Part shown: positions 1 through 10,379 of the stretch, one piece after another | How positions within the stretch are numbered: position 1 is the stretch's first letter | Layout: each line of letters begins with the position of its first letter | Assembly: GCA_021827985.1 (NCBI GenBank) | Contig: JAKATL010000006.1 | Span: 18,944-82,943, forward strand | Direction: 5' to 3' | Source: a bacterium | Lineage (GTDB): Bacteria; Chloroflexota; Dormibacteria; Aeolococcales; Bog-877 | Length of the DNA stretch: 64,000 nucleotides | Program-made: the position numbers and the translations under genes | The notes under the pieces: generated by a model | What the model was told of the DNA's origin: nothing | What the model saw: the letters and a program-made list of their open reading frames with translations, nothing else | Databases searched by the model: none

Positions 1-150
1 CTCACCCGGAGGCGGGCCGGCCAGCGCCGCGGAGGTGGAGGAACGCGCCGCCGCATGGCGGCCGTTTCGAGCCTGGGCGGCGATCCATCTGTGGTCCGGG
101 CTGGGATCCGGAGGCGCCTGAGGTCGACTCGGACGTAGCACACTTAGCCC

Positions 151-1191
151 ATGCAGGTGCGCTCCGCCAGCTATCACGACCTGAGCCAGGTGGATCACCT
201 CTACCGGACCACCATGGTGGTGGAGGAAGAGCTCACCCGCCAGCTGGCCGCGGCCGGGCCGCAGAGCCCGGTGCCGGGAGCCGCCCTGGCCCGGGCATGG
301 TCGATCCTCACCAAGAGCCTCTCCGCGCTCATGCCCCTGGCGGACGTGGGGGACCAGCTGTACGTGGCTGAGGAGCACGGGCGGATCACCGGCTTCGTGC
401 AGGCGGAGCCAGCGGCCGGCGGCCGGGCCTGGCGGGTGCTGAACCTCTGCCTCGACCCCAGCGCCGACGGGCACTTCACCGGTATACCGCTACTCCAGCA
501 CCTCTTCGACGAGGGGCTGGAGCGGGGGGTGACCCGCTTTCTGGTCCGGATCCCCGAGGGCCATCCGCTGACGGGGCTGCTCCGGGAGCAGGGCTTCCAG
601 CCATATGCCTCAGAGCAGATCCGCTTTAGAGAGCTTCCCCGGCCGCCGGGGCGGCCCTCCAGCCCCTGGATCCCAGCCCACCGCGAGCACCTGGCGGGAG
701 TGCATCTCCTGTACCTCAGGACCGCCCCCCATTCGGTGGCCGCCATCGAGGCTCCCAGCTTCAAGCAGTGGCGCACGACCTTCCAGCTGGGGTGGTTGAG
801 CCGGATGGACTCCCGCGGCGGCGACTCGCGCCACTTCGTCATCGAGCGCAACTCGGAGGTGGTGGCCTGGGCGGGGGTGCGCGGCCCCTCCCGCGCTCGG
901 CCGACCCAGATGAGCCTGATGCTCGACCCTCAGCAGGGCCAGCTGGCGGTAGAGGCGGTCCACGGCATCCTGGGCCACATCCCGGCCGGCCCCACCATCT
1001 GCCTCCTCCGCCACTACGACGGCGAGCTGGCCCGGGCCGTCGCGGCCCGTGGCTTCGAGCCGGTGGCGACCCAGCTCCTTATGGTCAAAGACCTGCCCCT
1101 CAAGGTTCGAGCCCGGCGGCCGCTGGAGGCCAAGCGGGCGCTGGCCGGGGCGCTGCCGGTGGCCCAGGCGCGGGGAGCCGCCCAGCCCTGA
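151..1191 (+). CDS. GNAT-fold acetyltransferase-like protein (hypothetical)
   Basis: 346-aa ATG ORF. The N-terminal half has GNAT-like motifs ('HGRITGFVQAEP...GIPLLQHLFDEGLERGVTRFLVRIP...GLLREQGFQPY'). Its codon usage matches the neighbouring genes. Confidence 0.5.
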   Translation: MQVRSASYHDLSQVDHLYRTTMVVEEELTRQLAAAGPQSPVPGAALARAWSILTKSLSALMPLADVGDQLYVAEEHGRITGFVQAEPAAGGRAWRVLNLCLDPSADGHFTGIPLLQHLFDEGLERGVTRFLVRIPEGHPLTGLLREQGFQPYASEQIRFRELPRPPGRPSSPWIPAHREHLAGVHLLYLRTAPHSVAAIEAPSFKQWRTTFQLGWLSRMDSRGGDSRHFVIERNSEVVAWAGVRGPSRARPTQMSLMLDPQQGQLAVEAVHGILGHIPAGPTICLLRHYDGELARAVAARGFEPVATQLLMVKDLPLKVRARRPLEAKRALAGALPVAQARGAAQP

Positions 1192-1248
1192 GAGGTGGGA
1201 GCCGGGTGCGCTATATTCCAGCCGTGACAGGGCGCTCGGCCGGGCCGG

Positions 1249-2904
1249 ATGCGGTGTTGGTCGGTGGCGCCTGCCCAGGTTCGGGGCCATCGCGCTGAGG
1301 GGGCACGCCTGAACGCCGGCGAGGGCCTGGTGACCCCCAGCTTTCCCGAGGAGCTGGCACTGCTGATCGGGACCCTGCCCGAGCCCATCCGGGATGCTCT
1401 CGCGGCGCTGCCCCAGGGGTTGGAGGACCTCCTGGAGATCGTCCTGGACCTGGGCCGGGAGCCGGAGGCCCGCTTCGATGGCCGCGAGGTGCTGCTCTCC
1501 CCAGATCCGGTGTCCCGCGCCGACATCGAGTACGTCACCCTGCGGGTCGGTGCCTTCGGAGGGGACAACCGGGCGGGGATCGCCCGCACCCTGCACCGGA
1601 TCTCCGCCATCCGCAACCGCAAGGGGGAGGTGGTCGGCCTCACCTGCCGCGTGGGGCGGGCCGTGACCGGCCGGGTGGAGATCATCCGCGACATAGTCGT
1701 GGGGGGCCAGAGCCTGCTGCTGCTGGGCAAGCCCGGGGTGGGCAAGACCACCATGCTGCGGGAGGTGGCTCGAATCCTGGCTGACGAGAGTCGCAAGCGG
1801 GTGGTGGTGGTGGACACCTCCAACGAGATCGCCGGGGACGGGGACATCCCCCACCCGGGGATCGGGCGGGCCCGGAGGATGCAGGTCGCGCGGCCCGAGC
1901 TGCAGCACGCCGTGATGATCGAGGCGGTGGAGAACCACATGCCCGAGGTGATCGTGATCGACGAGATCGGGACCGAGCTGGAGGCCGCCGCCGCCCGGAC
2001 CATCGCCGAACGAGGGGTCCAGCTGGTGGGGACGGCCCACGGCAACACCCTGGACAACCTCCTGATCAACCCCACCCTCAACGACCTCCTGGGAGGGATC
2101 CAGACGGTGACCCTCTCGGACGAGGAGGCCCGCCGCCGGGGGACCCAGAAGTCGGTGCTGGAGCGCAAGTCACCTCCCACCTTCGACGCGCTGGTGGAGA
2201 TCGTGGACCGGCACCGGGTCACCGTCCACATGCCTCTGGCGGACGTGGTGGACGACGCGCTGCGGGGACGTCCCCACCCTGCGCAGCTGCGAGAGATGCG
2301 AGCCGGGCAGGGGCTGACCACCCGCCTGGTGGAGCCCGCACCCTTCGACGACCGCGGCTCCCGCGAACTCTTCGAGGGGCAGCTGGCCGAACCCCGCCCG
2401 GGGCTGCGCCAGCTCCGGGTCCAGAGCGGCCGCGATTCCACCGCTGGCACCTCGGTCTTCCCCTACGGGGTGTCCCGGGTCTACCTGGAGCAGGCGGTGC
2501 GGGAGCTCCGGGTCCCGGTCAGGATTCAGCACCACGTGGATGACGCCGACGTGGTCCTCACCCTCAAGAACTACTACCGGCGCCGGGACTCCCCGCTGCG
2601 CGCGGCCGAGGCCGAGGGGATCCCCATCTCCATACTCCGCAGCAACACGGTGGCCCAGGTGCGCACCTTCCTGGCCCAGCTGTACAACCTGGAGCCGACC
2701 GATCCCACCGATGCCGCCCTGGCCGAGGCCCGTGACGGGATCGAGAGGGCTCGCCAGGGTACCGCGGTGGAGCTCTCCCCTCAGAACGCCTACATCCGCA
2801 GGCTGCAGCACCAGCTGGTGGAGGAGAGCGAGCTGGTGGCCCGGAGCACGGGCAAGGAGCCCCGCCGGAGGCTGCGCATCTATCCCTCCAGCCAGGCCTC
2901 CTGA
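1249..2904 (+). CDS. R3H domain-containing AAA+ ATPase (Ycf45/SpoIIIAA-like)
   Basis: Walker A '[13 protein letters not shown]' and Walker B 'VIVIDEIGT', followed by '[25 protein letters not shown]' and a C-terminal R3H-like region. The true start may lie downstream of the ATG at 1249. Confidence 0.8.
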   Translation: MRCWSVAPAQVRGHRAEGARLNAGEGLVTPSFPEELALLIGTLPEPIRDALAALPQGLEDLLEIVLDLGREPEARFDGREVLLSPDPVSRADIEYVTLRVGAFGGDNRAGIARTLHRISAIRNRKGEVVGLTCRVGRAVTGRVEIIRDIVVGGQSLLLLGKPGVGKTTMLREVARILADESRKRVVVVDTSNEIAGDGDIPHPGIGRARRMQVARPELQHAVMIEAVENHMPEVIVIDEIGTELEAAAARTIAERGVQLVGTAHGNTLDNLLINPTLNDLLGGIQTVTLSDEEARRRGTQKSVLERKSPPTFDALVEIVDRHRVTVHMPLADVVDDALRGRPHPAQLREMRAGQGLTTRLVEPAPFDDRGSRELFEGQLAEPRPGLRQLRVQSGRDSTAGTSVFPYGVSRVYLEQAVRELRVPVRIQHHVDDADVVLTLKNYYRRRDSPLRAAEAEGIPISILRSNTVAQVRTFLAQLYNLEPTDPTDAALAEARDGIERARQGTAVELSPQNAYIRRLQHQLVEESELVARSTGKEPRRRLRIYPSSQAS

Positions 2905-2921
2905 GGCCAGGAGCCGAGGGG

Positions 2922-3572
2922 GTGGCACCGGAGGGACGCCCTGGTTTCTTCATCACCGTGGAGGGGATGGACGGCTCGGGCAAGACGACCCATGTGGGGC
3001 GGCTCGCCGAGTCGCTGAGCCACGATGGCCACCAGGTCCAGGTGGTCCGCGACCCCGGCACCACCGCCCTCGGGGAGCGGCTGCGCAGCCTCCTGCTCGA
3101 GCCCTCGGCGGACTGGAAGCTGGAGCCGCTGGCGGAGGTCGCCCTCTTCCTCGCCGGTCGGGTGCAGCTGGCGGCGGAGGTGGTCGTCCCGGCGCTGGCG
3201 GGGGGGAAGGTGGTGATCGCCGACCGCTTCCTGGACTCCAGCCTCGTGTACCAGGGAGCGCGCGGGGTACCCTGGGAGTCCATCCTGGAGCTCCACCGGA
3301 TCTGCGGCGTCCGGGTGAGCCCCGACCTCACCCTGGTCCTGGACCTCGAGGCTGAGGCGGCGCGGGCCAGACGAGCGGACCGCCTCACCCTGGACCGGCT
3401 GGAGGCCTCCCCGACCGCGTACCATGAGAAGGTCCGGAGGGGCTACCTGGAGATCGCCCGGCACTTCCCTGACCGGGTCGTGGTGGTGCCGGCGACACGT
3501 GGGGCGGATGAGGTGGCACAGGAGTGCCTGGAGCTGGCGCGCACTCGCCTGGGAACGAGGAGGAACGCTTGA
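2922..3572 (+). CDS. tmk: thymidylate kinase
   Basis: P-loop 'FITVEGMDGSGKTT', 'DPGTTALGERLRSLLL' and 'ADRFLDSSLVYQG' are classic Tmk motifs. Confidence 0.9.
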   Translation: MAPEGRPGFFITVEGMDGSGKTTHVGRLAESLSHDGHQVQVVRDPGTTALGERLRSLLLEPSADWKLEPLAEVALFLAGRVQLAAEVVVPALAGGKVVIADRFLDSSLVYQGARGVPWESILELHRICGVRVSPDLTLVLDLEAEAARARRADRLTLDRLEASPTAYHEKVRRGYLEIARHFPDRVVVVPATRGADEVAQECLELARTRLGTRRNA

Positions 3573-3877
3573 AGCTGGTGGTGGCGGTGGTTCACGAGCA
3601 GGATGCCGCCCGGGCCATCGAGGCGCTCGGGCAGCAGGGCTTCTCGGTCACCCGCCTCAACAGTGAGGGGGGCTTCCTGGAGCGCCGGAACTCGATCCTG
3701 CTGATGGGCACCGACGACAGCCTGGTGGACGAGGCGGTGCGCACCCTGAGGACGGTCTGCCGGCCCCGGCACGAGCAGCTGGGAGCCGGTGGCGGCACCG
3801 AGGGCGCGGACGTCGAGGTCGAGATCGGGCGCGCCACGGTGTTCGTCCTGGACCTCGGGCGGGTGGAGCGCCTCTGA
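3569..3877 (+). CDS. darA: PII-like cyclic-di-AMP receptor (DarA/YaaQ family)
   Basis: A TTG start at 3569 overlaps the tmk stop (sequence cTTGAag). The product '(M)KLVVAVVHEQDAARAIEALGQQGFSVTRLNSEGGFLERRNSILLMG...GGATVFVLDL' aligns along its whole length with B. subtilis YaaQ/DarA. The tmk-yaaQ synteny is conserved. Confidence 0.8.
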   Translation: MKLVVAVVHEQDAARAIEALGQQGFSVTRLNSEGGFLERRNSILLMGTDDSLVDEAVRTLRTVCRPRHEQLGAGGGTEGADVEVEIGRATVFVLDLGRVERL

Positions 3878-3961
3878 GCCGGAGCGCGGCACCCGCACCT
3901 CGGACGTATACTGCCGCCTGATCCCGGCCCAACGGCCGCCAGCCCGTCATGGGAGCACCGG

Positions 3962-4921
3962 ATGGAAGCCAGCGCCACCTCCGCCGTTCGCCGCCTGGCC
4001 GACGCCGTCAGCACCGTGATCGTCGGCAACCGGCTGCAGATCGAGCTCTGCACGGTGGCCTGGCTGGTCGGGGGACACGTCCTGATCGAGGACGTGCCCG
4101 GGGTGGGGAAGACCATGCTGGCCAAGGCCCTGGCCCGGGCCACCGGCTGCGACTTCGACCGGGTGCAGTTCACCCCGGACCTCCTGCCGGGAGACATCAC
4201 CGGGGCCAACATCTACCTCCCTTCTCAGGGCACCTTCGAGTTCCGCAGGGGGCCGGTCTTCACCCAGATCCTCCTGGCCGACGAGATCAACCGAGCCACC
4301 CCCAAGACCCAGGCGGCGCTGCTGGAGGCAATGGAGGAGCGCCAGGTCACCATCGACGGGACGACCCACCCGCTCCCCGACCCCTTCGTGGTGCTGGCGA
4401 CCCAGAACCCCATTGAGTACCAGGGCACCTTCCCCCTCCCCGAGGCCCAGATCGACCGCTTCCTGGTGCGCGTCTCCCTGGGGTACGCGGACCTGGACGG
4501 TGAGCTGGAGATCCTCGACCGCTTCGGGCTCTCCTCACCGCTGGAGGGTCTCGAGCCCGCCACCTCCCCGGAGGAGCTCCCGGCGCTGCGAGCGGCGGTT
4601 GCCGAGGTCCATGTGGACCCTGAGCTCAAGTCCTACCTGGTGCGGCTGGTGCAGCGGACCCGCCGGCACCCCGATCTGGCGCTGGGAGCCAGTGCCCGGG
4701 CCAGCCTGGGGCTTCTCCGAGCCGGCCAGGCCTTCGCCCTCCTGCGGGGACGGGACTACATGAGCCCCGACGACGTCAAGGTCCTGGCCCCCTCGGTGCT
4801 CACCCACCGGCTGGTGGTCCGGGCCAGCGCCGAGCTCCGCGGGGTGACCGCCGAGGCCATCCTCGAGGAGATCCTCCAGAGCGAGCCGGTCCCGGTGACG
4901 GGGCGGCGCGCCGCCAGCTGA
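3962..4921 (+). CDS. MoxR-family AAA+ ATPase
   Basis: 'VLIEDVPGVGKTMLAKALA', 'ILLADEINRATPKTQAALLEAMEERQVT' and 'VLATQNPIEYQGTFPLPEAQIDRF' are diagnostic MoxR motifs. Confidence 0.9.
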   Translation: MEASATSAVRRLADAVSTVIVGNRLQIELCTVAWLVGGHVLIEDVPGVGKTMLAKALARATGCDFDRVQFTPDLLPGDITGANIYLPSQGTFEFRRGPVFTQILLADEINRATPKTQAALLEAMEERQVTIDGTTHPLPDPFVVLATQNPIEYQGTFPLPEAQIDRFLVRVSLGYADLDGELEILDRFGLSSPLEGLEPATSPEELPALRAAVAEVHVDPELKSYLVRLVQRTRRHPDLALGASARASLGLLRAGQAFALLRGRDYMSPDDVKVLAPSVLTHRLVVRASAELRGVTAEAILEEILQSEPVPVTGRRAAS

Positions 4922-4962
4922 CGTCTTGCTCCCCCGCTGGCGCCCAAACTGAGGTTGGGCGG

Positions 4963-6159
4963 GTGGCCCGAGCAGCGCTCCTGGCGGTGGTGGTGGTTTG
5001 TGGCTTCTTCGCCTTCATCAACGGGGTGGCGCTGGCCTTCGTCCCGGTGTACGGAGCGGCCCTGGTGGTGCCCCTGTCGCTGGCCTGGAGCAGGTGGGCG
5101 GAGCGCCACCTGACGCTCTCCCGGACGGCCCCCGACCGCCACCACATGGTCGGGGAGCTGTTCCCGCAGCAGTTCACCCTCTGCAACACCTCCTGGCTGC
5201 CGATCGCCATGGCCGAGGTGCTGGACCGCTCCGGGCTTCCCGGGGGCGAGGAGGCGGTGGCGGCCTCCCTGGGCCCCCATCAGCAGGCCAGCTGGGGCCA
5301 GGAGCTCCGGCTCACGACCAGGGGCCAGTACCGCCTGGGGCCGACCGAGGTGAGGGTCTCCGATCCCTTCGGGCTCTTCCCCCGCACGGTGAGCTTCCCG
5401 GCCACCGGCTCGGTGCTGGTGTTCCCCCTCCTGTACCCTCTCTCCGACCTCGCCCTGGTGGGGGCGCGCGCGGGACTGGAGAGTGAGCGGGGCGGGCGTC
5501 CGCGGGACCTGCCCCCGAGCGCCTCCGGGGTCCGGGAGCACGACCCGGCCGACGGGATCAACCGCATCCATTGGATCTCCACCGCCCGGCAGGGGCGGCT
5601 GATGAGCCGGACCTTCGACGCCGAGGAGGGGGCCGACCTGCTGGTGGTCCTGGACCTCCGCCGCGGGATCCAGGCGGGCACCGGGCCGGAGAGCTCACTG
5701 GAATACGCCGTGACCATGGCGGCCTCGCTGGCCCACGCGGCCCTGCGGCGGGGGCGGGCGGTGGCCTTCCTGGGGACGGGCCGGTCCCTCACCTGGCTGC
5801 CCGCCGCCAGGGGGGATGCCCAGGACCAGCTGCTGCTCGAGAAGCTGGCCCTCTGCCAGGCGGACGGGCAGGTGCCCCTGGGCCAGATCCTTCCCCGCCA
5901 TCTGCCGGAGTGGCGATCCCGTGGCAGCGTGGTGGTGGTGACCTCGGATCCCTCCGGGGAGTGGGTGGAGGCGGTGGCTGCCAGCTCGCAGCCGGGGCGG
6001 AGAGCCATGGCCATCTTCGTGGACCCCATGAGCTTCGCCCCTCAGCCCACCCTCACCAGGATCCCCGCCCAGTGGCGGCTGGTGCTCGACTTCTGGGTCA
6101 TCCGCCAGGGGGACGACCTCGCCCGGGTAGACCCCTCATCCCGGCGCGCCGTTGGCTGA
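4963..6159 (+). CDS. DUF58 (vWA-like) protein, MoxR partner
   Basis: N-terminal transmembrane helices. The DUF58 core is 'REHDPADGINRIHWISTARQGRLMSRTFDAEEGADLLVVLD'. It sits immediately after moxR. Confidence 0.8.
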   Translation: MARAALLAVVVVCGFFAFINGVALAFVPVYGAALVVPLSLAWSRWAERHLTLSRTAPDRHHMVGELFPQQFTLCNTSWLPIAMAEVLDRSGLPGGEEAVAASLGPHQQASWGQELRLTTRGQYRLGPTEVRVSDPFGLFPRTVSFPATGSVLVFPLLYPLSDLALVGARAGLESERGGRPRDLPPSASGVREHDPADGINRIHWISTARQGRLMSRTFDAEEGADLLVVLDLRRGIQAGTGPESSLEYAVTMAASLAHAALRRGRAVAFLGTGRSLTWLPAARGDAQDQLLLEKLALCQADGQVPLGQILPRHLPEWRSRGSVVVVTSDPSGEWVEAVAASSQPGRRAMAIFVDPMSFAPQPTLTRIPAQWRLVLDFWVIRQGDDLARVDPSSRRAVG

Positions 6160-8503
6160 GCTGCTGGTCCCCCTGCTGGCCGCGCTGGCCCTCGTCGGGG
6201 GAGGGGCGCTGGCGCCGGACCTGGTCTTCGACCTTCGGGCGGGCGGCGGCGTCCAGCGCAACCTGGGCCGCTGGCTCGGGGTGGGTCTGGCCGTGGCGCT
6301 GGCGTTGGAGTGCGCCGGCGTCCTAGCGCAGACGGCGCTCCCCCACCTGGGCGGCGCTGCCCTGCTCGCCGCCACCTCGGGAACCCTGCTGGCGGCGGGC
6401 ACGGGCCGCTGGCTCCGCTGGCGGGCCCCGGCCATTGCGGTGCTGGCGGGAGCCACCCTGGCCGTGGCCCTCGTGGCCGGGGCGGCAGTGGCCCACGCCT
6501 TCGGCGGCAGCCCCCAGCCCTGGACTGTGCTGCAGGCCCAGCTGCACCAGCTCAGCCCCGCCGGCTTCGAGCCGCTGGCGCTGCTGATGGTCTCCTGGGG
6601 CACCGGGGCCTGGGTGGGATGGCTGGCGCTGCGAGAGCGTTCGGGAGTTCTGGCCTGCGCCATCCCCCTGGTGGTCCTGACCGCCGACCTGGTCAACGTT
6701 CCCAAGGGCCTCGTGGGGCTGACGTTCTGGCCCGTGGTGGGGGCTGTGGTGTGTGGCCTGGCCCTGGTGGGCTGGACCCACCAGGAGCGTCAGGTCCGGC
6801 GCTGGCAGCGACTGGCCCGCACCTCGGCCCTCCCCCGTTCCGGACTGGGCCTGGCGCTGATCTCCGCTCTGGCCATCTCCGGGGTGAGCCTTCTGGTCCC
6901 GCCGCTCAACAGCCACAACTTCAGCTCCCGGTTCTTCCACTCCGGACCGGTGGTCCCGGCAGGGTCCCACAGCCAGCTCATCGCCCCCATCTCCGGGTAC
7001 GCCACCGAGGTGGTCCCGGGAGGCCCGATCCGGCAGGAGCGGACCCCGGTCCTCAGCTACTCGACCTCGGCCCCCGGGGGCACCACCTACCTCAGCGGCA
7101 TCGCGCTCACCCAGTTCGTCAACGGCAACTGGTATCCCGGGCCCCAGCAGTCCCTGGTGGTGGGAGAGGGGACGCAGCTCCCGTACAGTGAACGTCCGGC
7201 CAACGACACCAGCGCCACCCAGGTGGACCGCAAGGTGGTCTCCCTCCAGGTGACCTACCTCGGCACCGGCGCCCAGGAGGTTCAGGACCTGCTCTACCCC
7301 GGCAGCCCGATCGAGACGCCATACCTCAGCGGCCGCTACCGCCTATCCGGGCTGGCCACCTCAGGGCAGCTTCTCACGGTGGACTCGATCGCCGCAGTGG
7401 GCGGATCCACGCAGATTCTGCCCTCCAGCCAGGAGGTCACCACGGTGGGGACGGTGTCGACTGCGACCCCCTCCCAGCTGGAGGCGGCCGGCCAGGACTA
7501 CCCCAGCTGGGTCCTGCCGTATGCCACCCTCCCGGAGCTGGCGAACTTCCTCGATGAGAGCCAGCTGGCCTCGGACGCACTGGCGATGTCGGGGGGAGCC
7601 ACCAATCCCTACCTCGCCGCCCTCAACATCCAGAACTCCCTGCGGCAGGACGAGATCTACACCCTGGACCCGCCCACCCCTCCCAGCGGGGTGTGGCCCA
7701 TCCTCTACTTCCTGGACCAGTCCCACCGGGGCTACTGCCAGTACTTCGCCTCCGCCATGGGGGCGATGCTGCGGGCGCTGGGCATTCCCGCCCGGCTGGT
7801 GAACGGCTTCGGTCCCGGCCAGGAGGGCCAGCTCAAGAACGGGCAGTGGCTGATCACCGAGGCGGACGCCCACACCTGGGTCCAGGTCTACTTCCCCCAC
7901 TACGGGTGGGTGAACTTCGAGCCGACTCCGGACGGCTTCTACCAGCCCACCGGGGCGGCGGCCCGCGTGGCCCCGCTGCCGTCCCCCCTGCCGGCGATCC
8001 GGGCGCCCCACCCGGGGGTGCGGACAGTCCCCGCCGCCACCGGCCGCGGGGCCCGGGTGACCCGCCGGCCGCGCCAGCTCGCCCCCACCATCGCCGCCGG
8101 AACCGGCGGGGCCGTCCTGCTGCTGCTCCTGGTCATGGCCTGGGCCTGGTGGCGCCGGGTCACCTCGGCCCCGGCCATCAGGCGGCGGCTGGAGCTACCG
8201 CTGCTGCTGGCCGGAGAGCCGCGCCCTGAGGGCCGCACCCTGATGGAGCTGGCCGGCCTCTGCGCCTCCCTTAGGCGTGATCCACCGCTGCGGGAGGGGC
8301 TGAGGAAGGTGGCCGCCGCCGGGGACGAGCTGGCCTTCGGCCGCTCCCGCGAGCGAGCCCAGTCGGAGCTGGTGGCCGGCTGGAGCGAGGTGCGCCCAGC
8401 CTACCCCCGCCTGCTCTGGTCCGCCCTGCGGGCCCGGGGTAGCGGCCCCCGGCCGGCGCCGGCGGTCAAGGTGGCGGTCGCCAGGGCGAGGGCTCACGGA
8501 TGA
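6152..8503 (+). CDS. transglutaminase-like domain membrane protein (TgpA/DUF4129-like)
   Basis: Multiple N-terminal transmembrane segments. The transglutaminase core is 'GYCQYFASAMGAMLRALGIPARLVNGF...DAHTWVQVYFPHYGWVNFEPTP' (Cys/His/Asp). It overlaps the DUF58 gene by 8 nt and completes the MoxR-DUF58-TGase triad. Confidence 0.8.
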   Translation: MAELLVPLLAALALVGGGALAPDLVFDLRAGGGVQRNLGRWLGVGLAVALALECAGVLAQTALPHLGGAALLAATSGTLLAAGTGRWLRWRAPAIAVLAGATLAVALVAGAAVAHAFGGSPQPWTVLQAQLHQLSPAGFEPLALLMVSWGTGAWVGWLALRERSGVLACAIPLVVLTADLVNVPKGLVGLTFWPVVGAVVCGLALVGWTHQERQVRRWQRLARTSALPRSGLGLALISALAISGVSLLVPPLNSHNFSSRFFHSGPVVPAGSHSQLIAPISGYATEVVPGGPIRQERTPVLSYSTSAPGGTTYLSGIALTQFVNGNWYPGPQQSLVVGEGTQLPYSERPANDTSATQVDRKVVSLQVTYLGTGAQEVQDLLYPGSPIETPYLSGRYRLSGLATSGQLLTVDSIAAVGGSTQILPSSQEVTTVGTVSTATPSQLEAAGQDYPSWVLPYATLPELANFLDESQLASDALAMSGGATNPYLAALNIQNSLRQDEIYTLDPPTPPSGVWPILYFLDQSHRGYCQYFASAMGAMLRALGIPARLVNGFGPGQEGQLKNGQWLITEADAHTWVQVYFPHYGWVNFEPTPDGFYQPTGAAARVAPLPSPLPAIRAPHPGVRTVPAATGRGARVTRRPRQLAPTIAAGTGGAVLLLLLVMAWAWWRRVTSAPAIRRRLELPLLLAGEPRPEGRTLMELAGLCASLRRDPPLREGLRKVAAAGDELAFGRSRERAQSELVAGWSEVRPAYPRLLWSALRARGSGPRPAPAVKVAVARARAHG

Positions 8504-9255
8504 CGGCGGAGATGAGGCTCAGCATCCTGGGGAGCGGGGCCGCCTTCTCGGAGGTGGGGCACAACTCGGCGCACGTTCTGGATGGGAAACTGCTGCTGGA
8601 CTGCGGGGCTCCGGTTACCAGCCTCCTCCCCGGGATGGGGGGCTCGGTGGGCGATCTGGAAGCGATCCTGATCAGCCACTTCCATGGCGACCACGTCATT
8701 CACCTGCCCACCCTGCTGGTGGCGCGCCGCCTGCAGCATCCGGGGGCACCGCCGCTTCGCCTCATCGGGCCGCCGGGGTTCCTCCACCACCTGAAGCTCC
8801 TCGGGGAGACCGCCTTCGGGACCGGGCTCTGGTCCCGGATTGAGGCGGAGGACGGACCCCTCTGGGCCAGGGTAGAGGAGTGGGAGGAGGGCCGCTCCGG
8901 CGAGGTGGCCGGCTATGAGGTCGAGGCGTACTCGGTGATCCACGCCCCGGAGCTGGAGTGCCTGGGATACCGGATCGCCATCCCCGGGCTGAGCCTCGGT
9001 TACACCGGCGACACCACCTACTGCCCCGGTCTTCTGCGCCTGGCCAGATCGGTGGACCACCTGCTCTGCGAATGCACCTCCTTCAGCAGGCCGCAGCCGA
9101 CCCACCTCTGGGGGGAGGAGGTCGCGACGCTGATGCGCGAGGTGCCGTCGCTCCGGCTGATCCTCACCCACCTCAACGAGCGCCGGCCGCTCCCCGGGGC
9201 GCTCCTGGCCTCGGACGGCCTGACCGTCACCCTCCGAGGATGTGCCGGGGGCTGA
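8500..9255 (+). CDS. MBL-fold metallo-hydrolase
   Basis: 'ILGSGAA' and the 'HFHGDHV' HxHxDH metal motif. A 4-nt overlap with the upstream gene. Confidence 0.8.
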   Translation: MTAEMRLSILGSGAAFSEVGHNSAHVLDGKLLLDCGAPVTSLLPGMGGSVGDLEAILISHFHGDHVIHLPTLLVARRLQHPGAPPLRLIGPPGFLHHLKLLGETAFGTGLWSRIEAEDGPLWARVEEWEEGRSGEVAGYEVEAYSVIHAPELECLGYRIAIPGLSLGYTGDTTYCPGLLRLARSVDHLLCECTSFSRPQPTHLWGEEVATLMREVPSLRLILTHLNERRPLPGALLASDGLTVTLRGCAGG

Positions 9256-10348
9256 ATGCGGTGAGCCCCGCCGGCTCTTGTCCATCGGCCAGTGCCTCAC
9301 CCAGCAGCTGGGCCGTCACGGGGGCCAGCAGGATCCCGTTGCGGAAGTGGCCCAGCGCCAGCATCACCCTGGGGTCCTGGGGCAGTGGGCCGATCACCGG
9401 TCCGGATGGCAGGAAGGGCCGCAGGCCCGCCCAGGCCCCGGAGAACTCGGCCGGGCCCAGGTCGGGAAGCAAGGACCGGGCCATGGCGGCCAGCTTGGCC
9501 ACACCCTCCAGGGTCGTCTCGGCCAGGTACCCGACCCGCTCTTCGGTGGCTCCAGCCAGAACCAGGCCGGACCGCTTCTGGAGGACGTAGCCATGGTCCC
9601 CGAAGACGATCTCAGGGAGGGGAAGGCCACGAGGGCGCAGGGCCAGCATCTGACCCCGCACGGGCTCGGGGCGAAGGCTCACGCCGAGGCCACGCAGAAG
9701 CGGCTCCCCCCAGCACCCGGTGGCCAACACCACCCGTTGCGCGAAGTGTCGCTCGGCGCCCACGCTCACCTCCAGGAGGTCGCCGCTGGGACGCACCCCA
9801 GTGACCTCGGCCGAGAGGTGGAGCCGCACCCCGGCCCGTCTGGCGGCCAGCGCCAGGGCCTCGGCCACCCGGTGGCTGTGAACGTGGGCGACCCCCGGGT
9901 AGTGCAGGCCGGCGACCACGTCCGGGCCCAGCTGGGGCACCTCCCGGCGCAGCTCCTCGAGGCCGAGCAGCCCGGACACCTCCAGCCCCTGGGCCAGCTG
10001 CCAGGCCCGGCGGATCTCCAGGTCTCCGACCACCTCCGAGCTGGTGGTGACCCGCAGCAGACCGCAACCCTGGTACTCCACATCGACGCCGGACTCCTCG
10101 AAGAGCTGCTCCGCCCACCCCGGCCAGAGGTCGGCGCTCCGGCGCGCCAGATCGAAGAAGGGGCCGGGAGAGTGGGCCTCAGCGGCGGCGGCCAGCATTC
10201 CCGCGGCGGCCGCGGTAGCCTCGGCTCCCGGCTCTGACCGCCGCTCCAAGAGGGCCACGGACCGGCCCTTCCTGGCCACCTCCCGGGCCACCGCCAGCCC
10301 GATCACGCCACCGCCGATCACCAGACAGTCGAAGGGGGCCTGTCCCAT
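9227..10348 (-). CDS. FAD-dependent oxidoreductase, glycine oxidase (ThiO)-like
   Basis: N-terminal Rossmann motif 'DCLVIGGGVIGLAVAREVARKGRSVALLER' with DAO-family features throughout. It ends 'RHILGG'. Confidence 0.85.
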   Translation of the reverse strand: MGQAPFDCLVIGGGVIGLAVAREVARKGRSVALLERRSEPGAEATAAAAGMLAAAAEAHSPGPFFDLARRSADLWPGWAEQLFEESGVDVEYQGCGLLRVTTSSEVVGDLEIRRAWQLAQGLEVSGLLGLEELRREVPQLGPDVVAGLHYPGVAHVHSHRVAEALALAARRAGVRLHLSAEVTGVRPSGDLLEVSVGAERHFAQRVVLATGCWGEPLLRGLGVSLRPEPVRGQMLALRPRGLPLPEIVFGDHGYVLQKRSGLVLAGATEERVGYLAETTLEGVAKLAAMARSLLPDLGPAEFSGAWAGLRPFLPSGPVIGPLPQDPRVMLALGHFRNGILLAPVTAQLLGEALADGQEPAGLTAFSPRHILGG

Positions 10349-10379
10349 GCCCCCAGGATATCGGCGGGAGAACCGGGGA

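Noticed and set aside
1105-1135. 'GGTTCGAGCCCGGC' resembling a tRNA T-arm
   Set aside because: The flanking 5-nt stem halves are not complementary, there is no acceptor stem or CCA context, and it lies inside a coding frame.
610-2450. Long minus-strand ORFs (610..2040 at 476 aa, 1014..2450 at 478 aa) antisense to the GNAT-like and R3H-ATPase genes
   Set aside because: Their Gly/Pro/Arg-rich low-complexity translations are typical antisense artefacts of ~70% GC coding DNA. The plus-strand genes have clear motifs.
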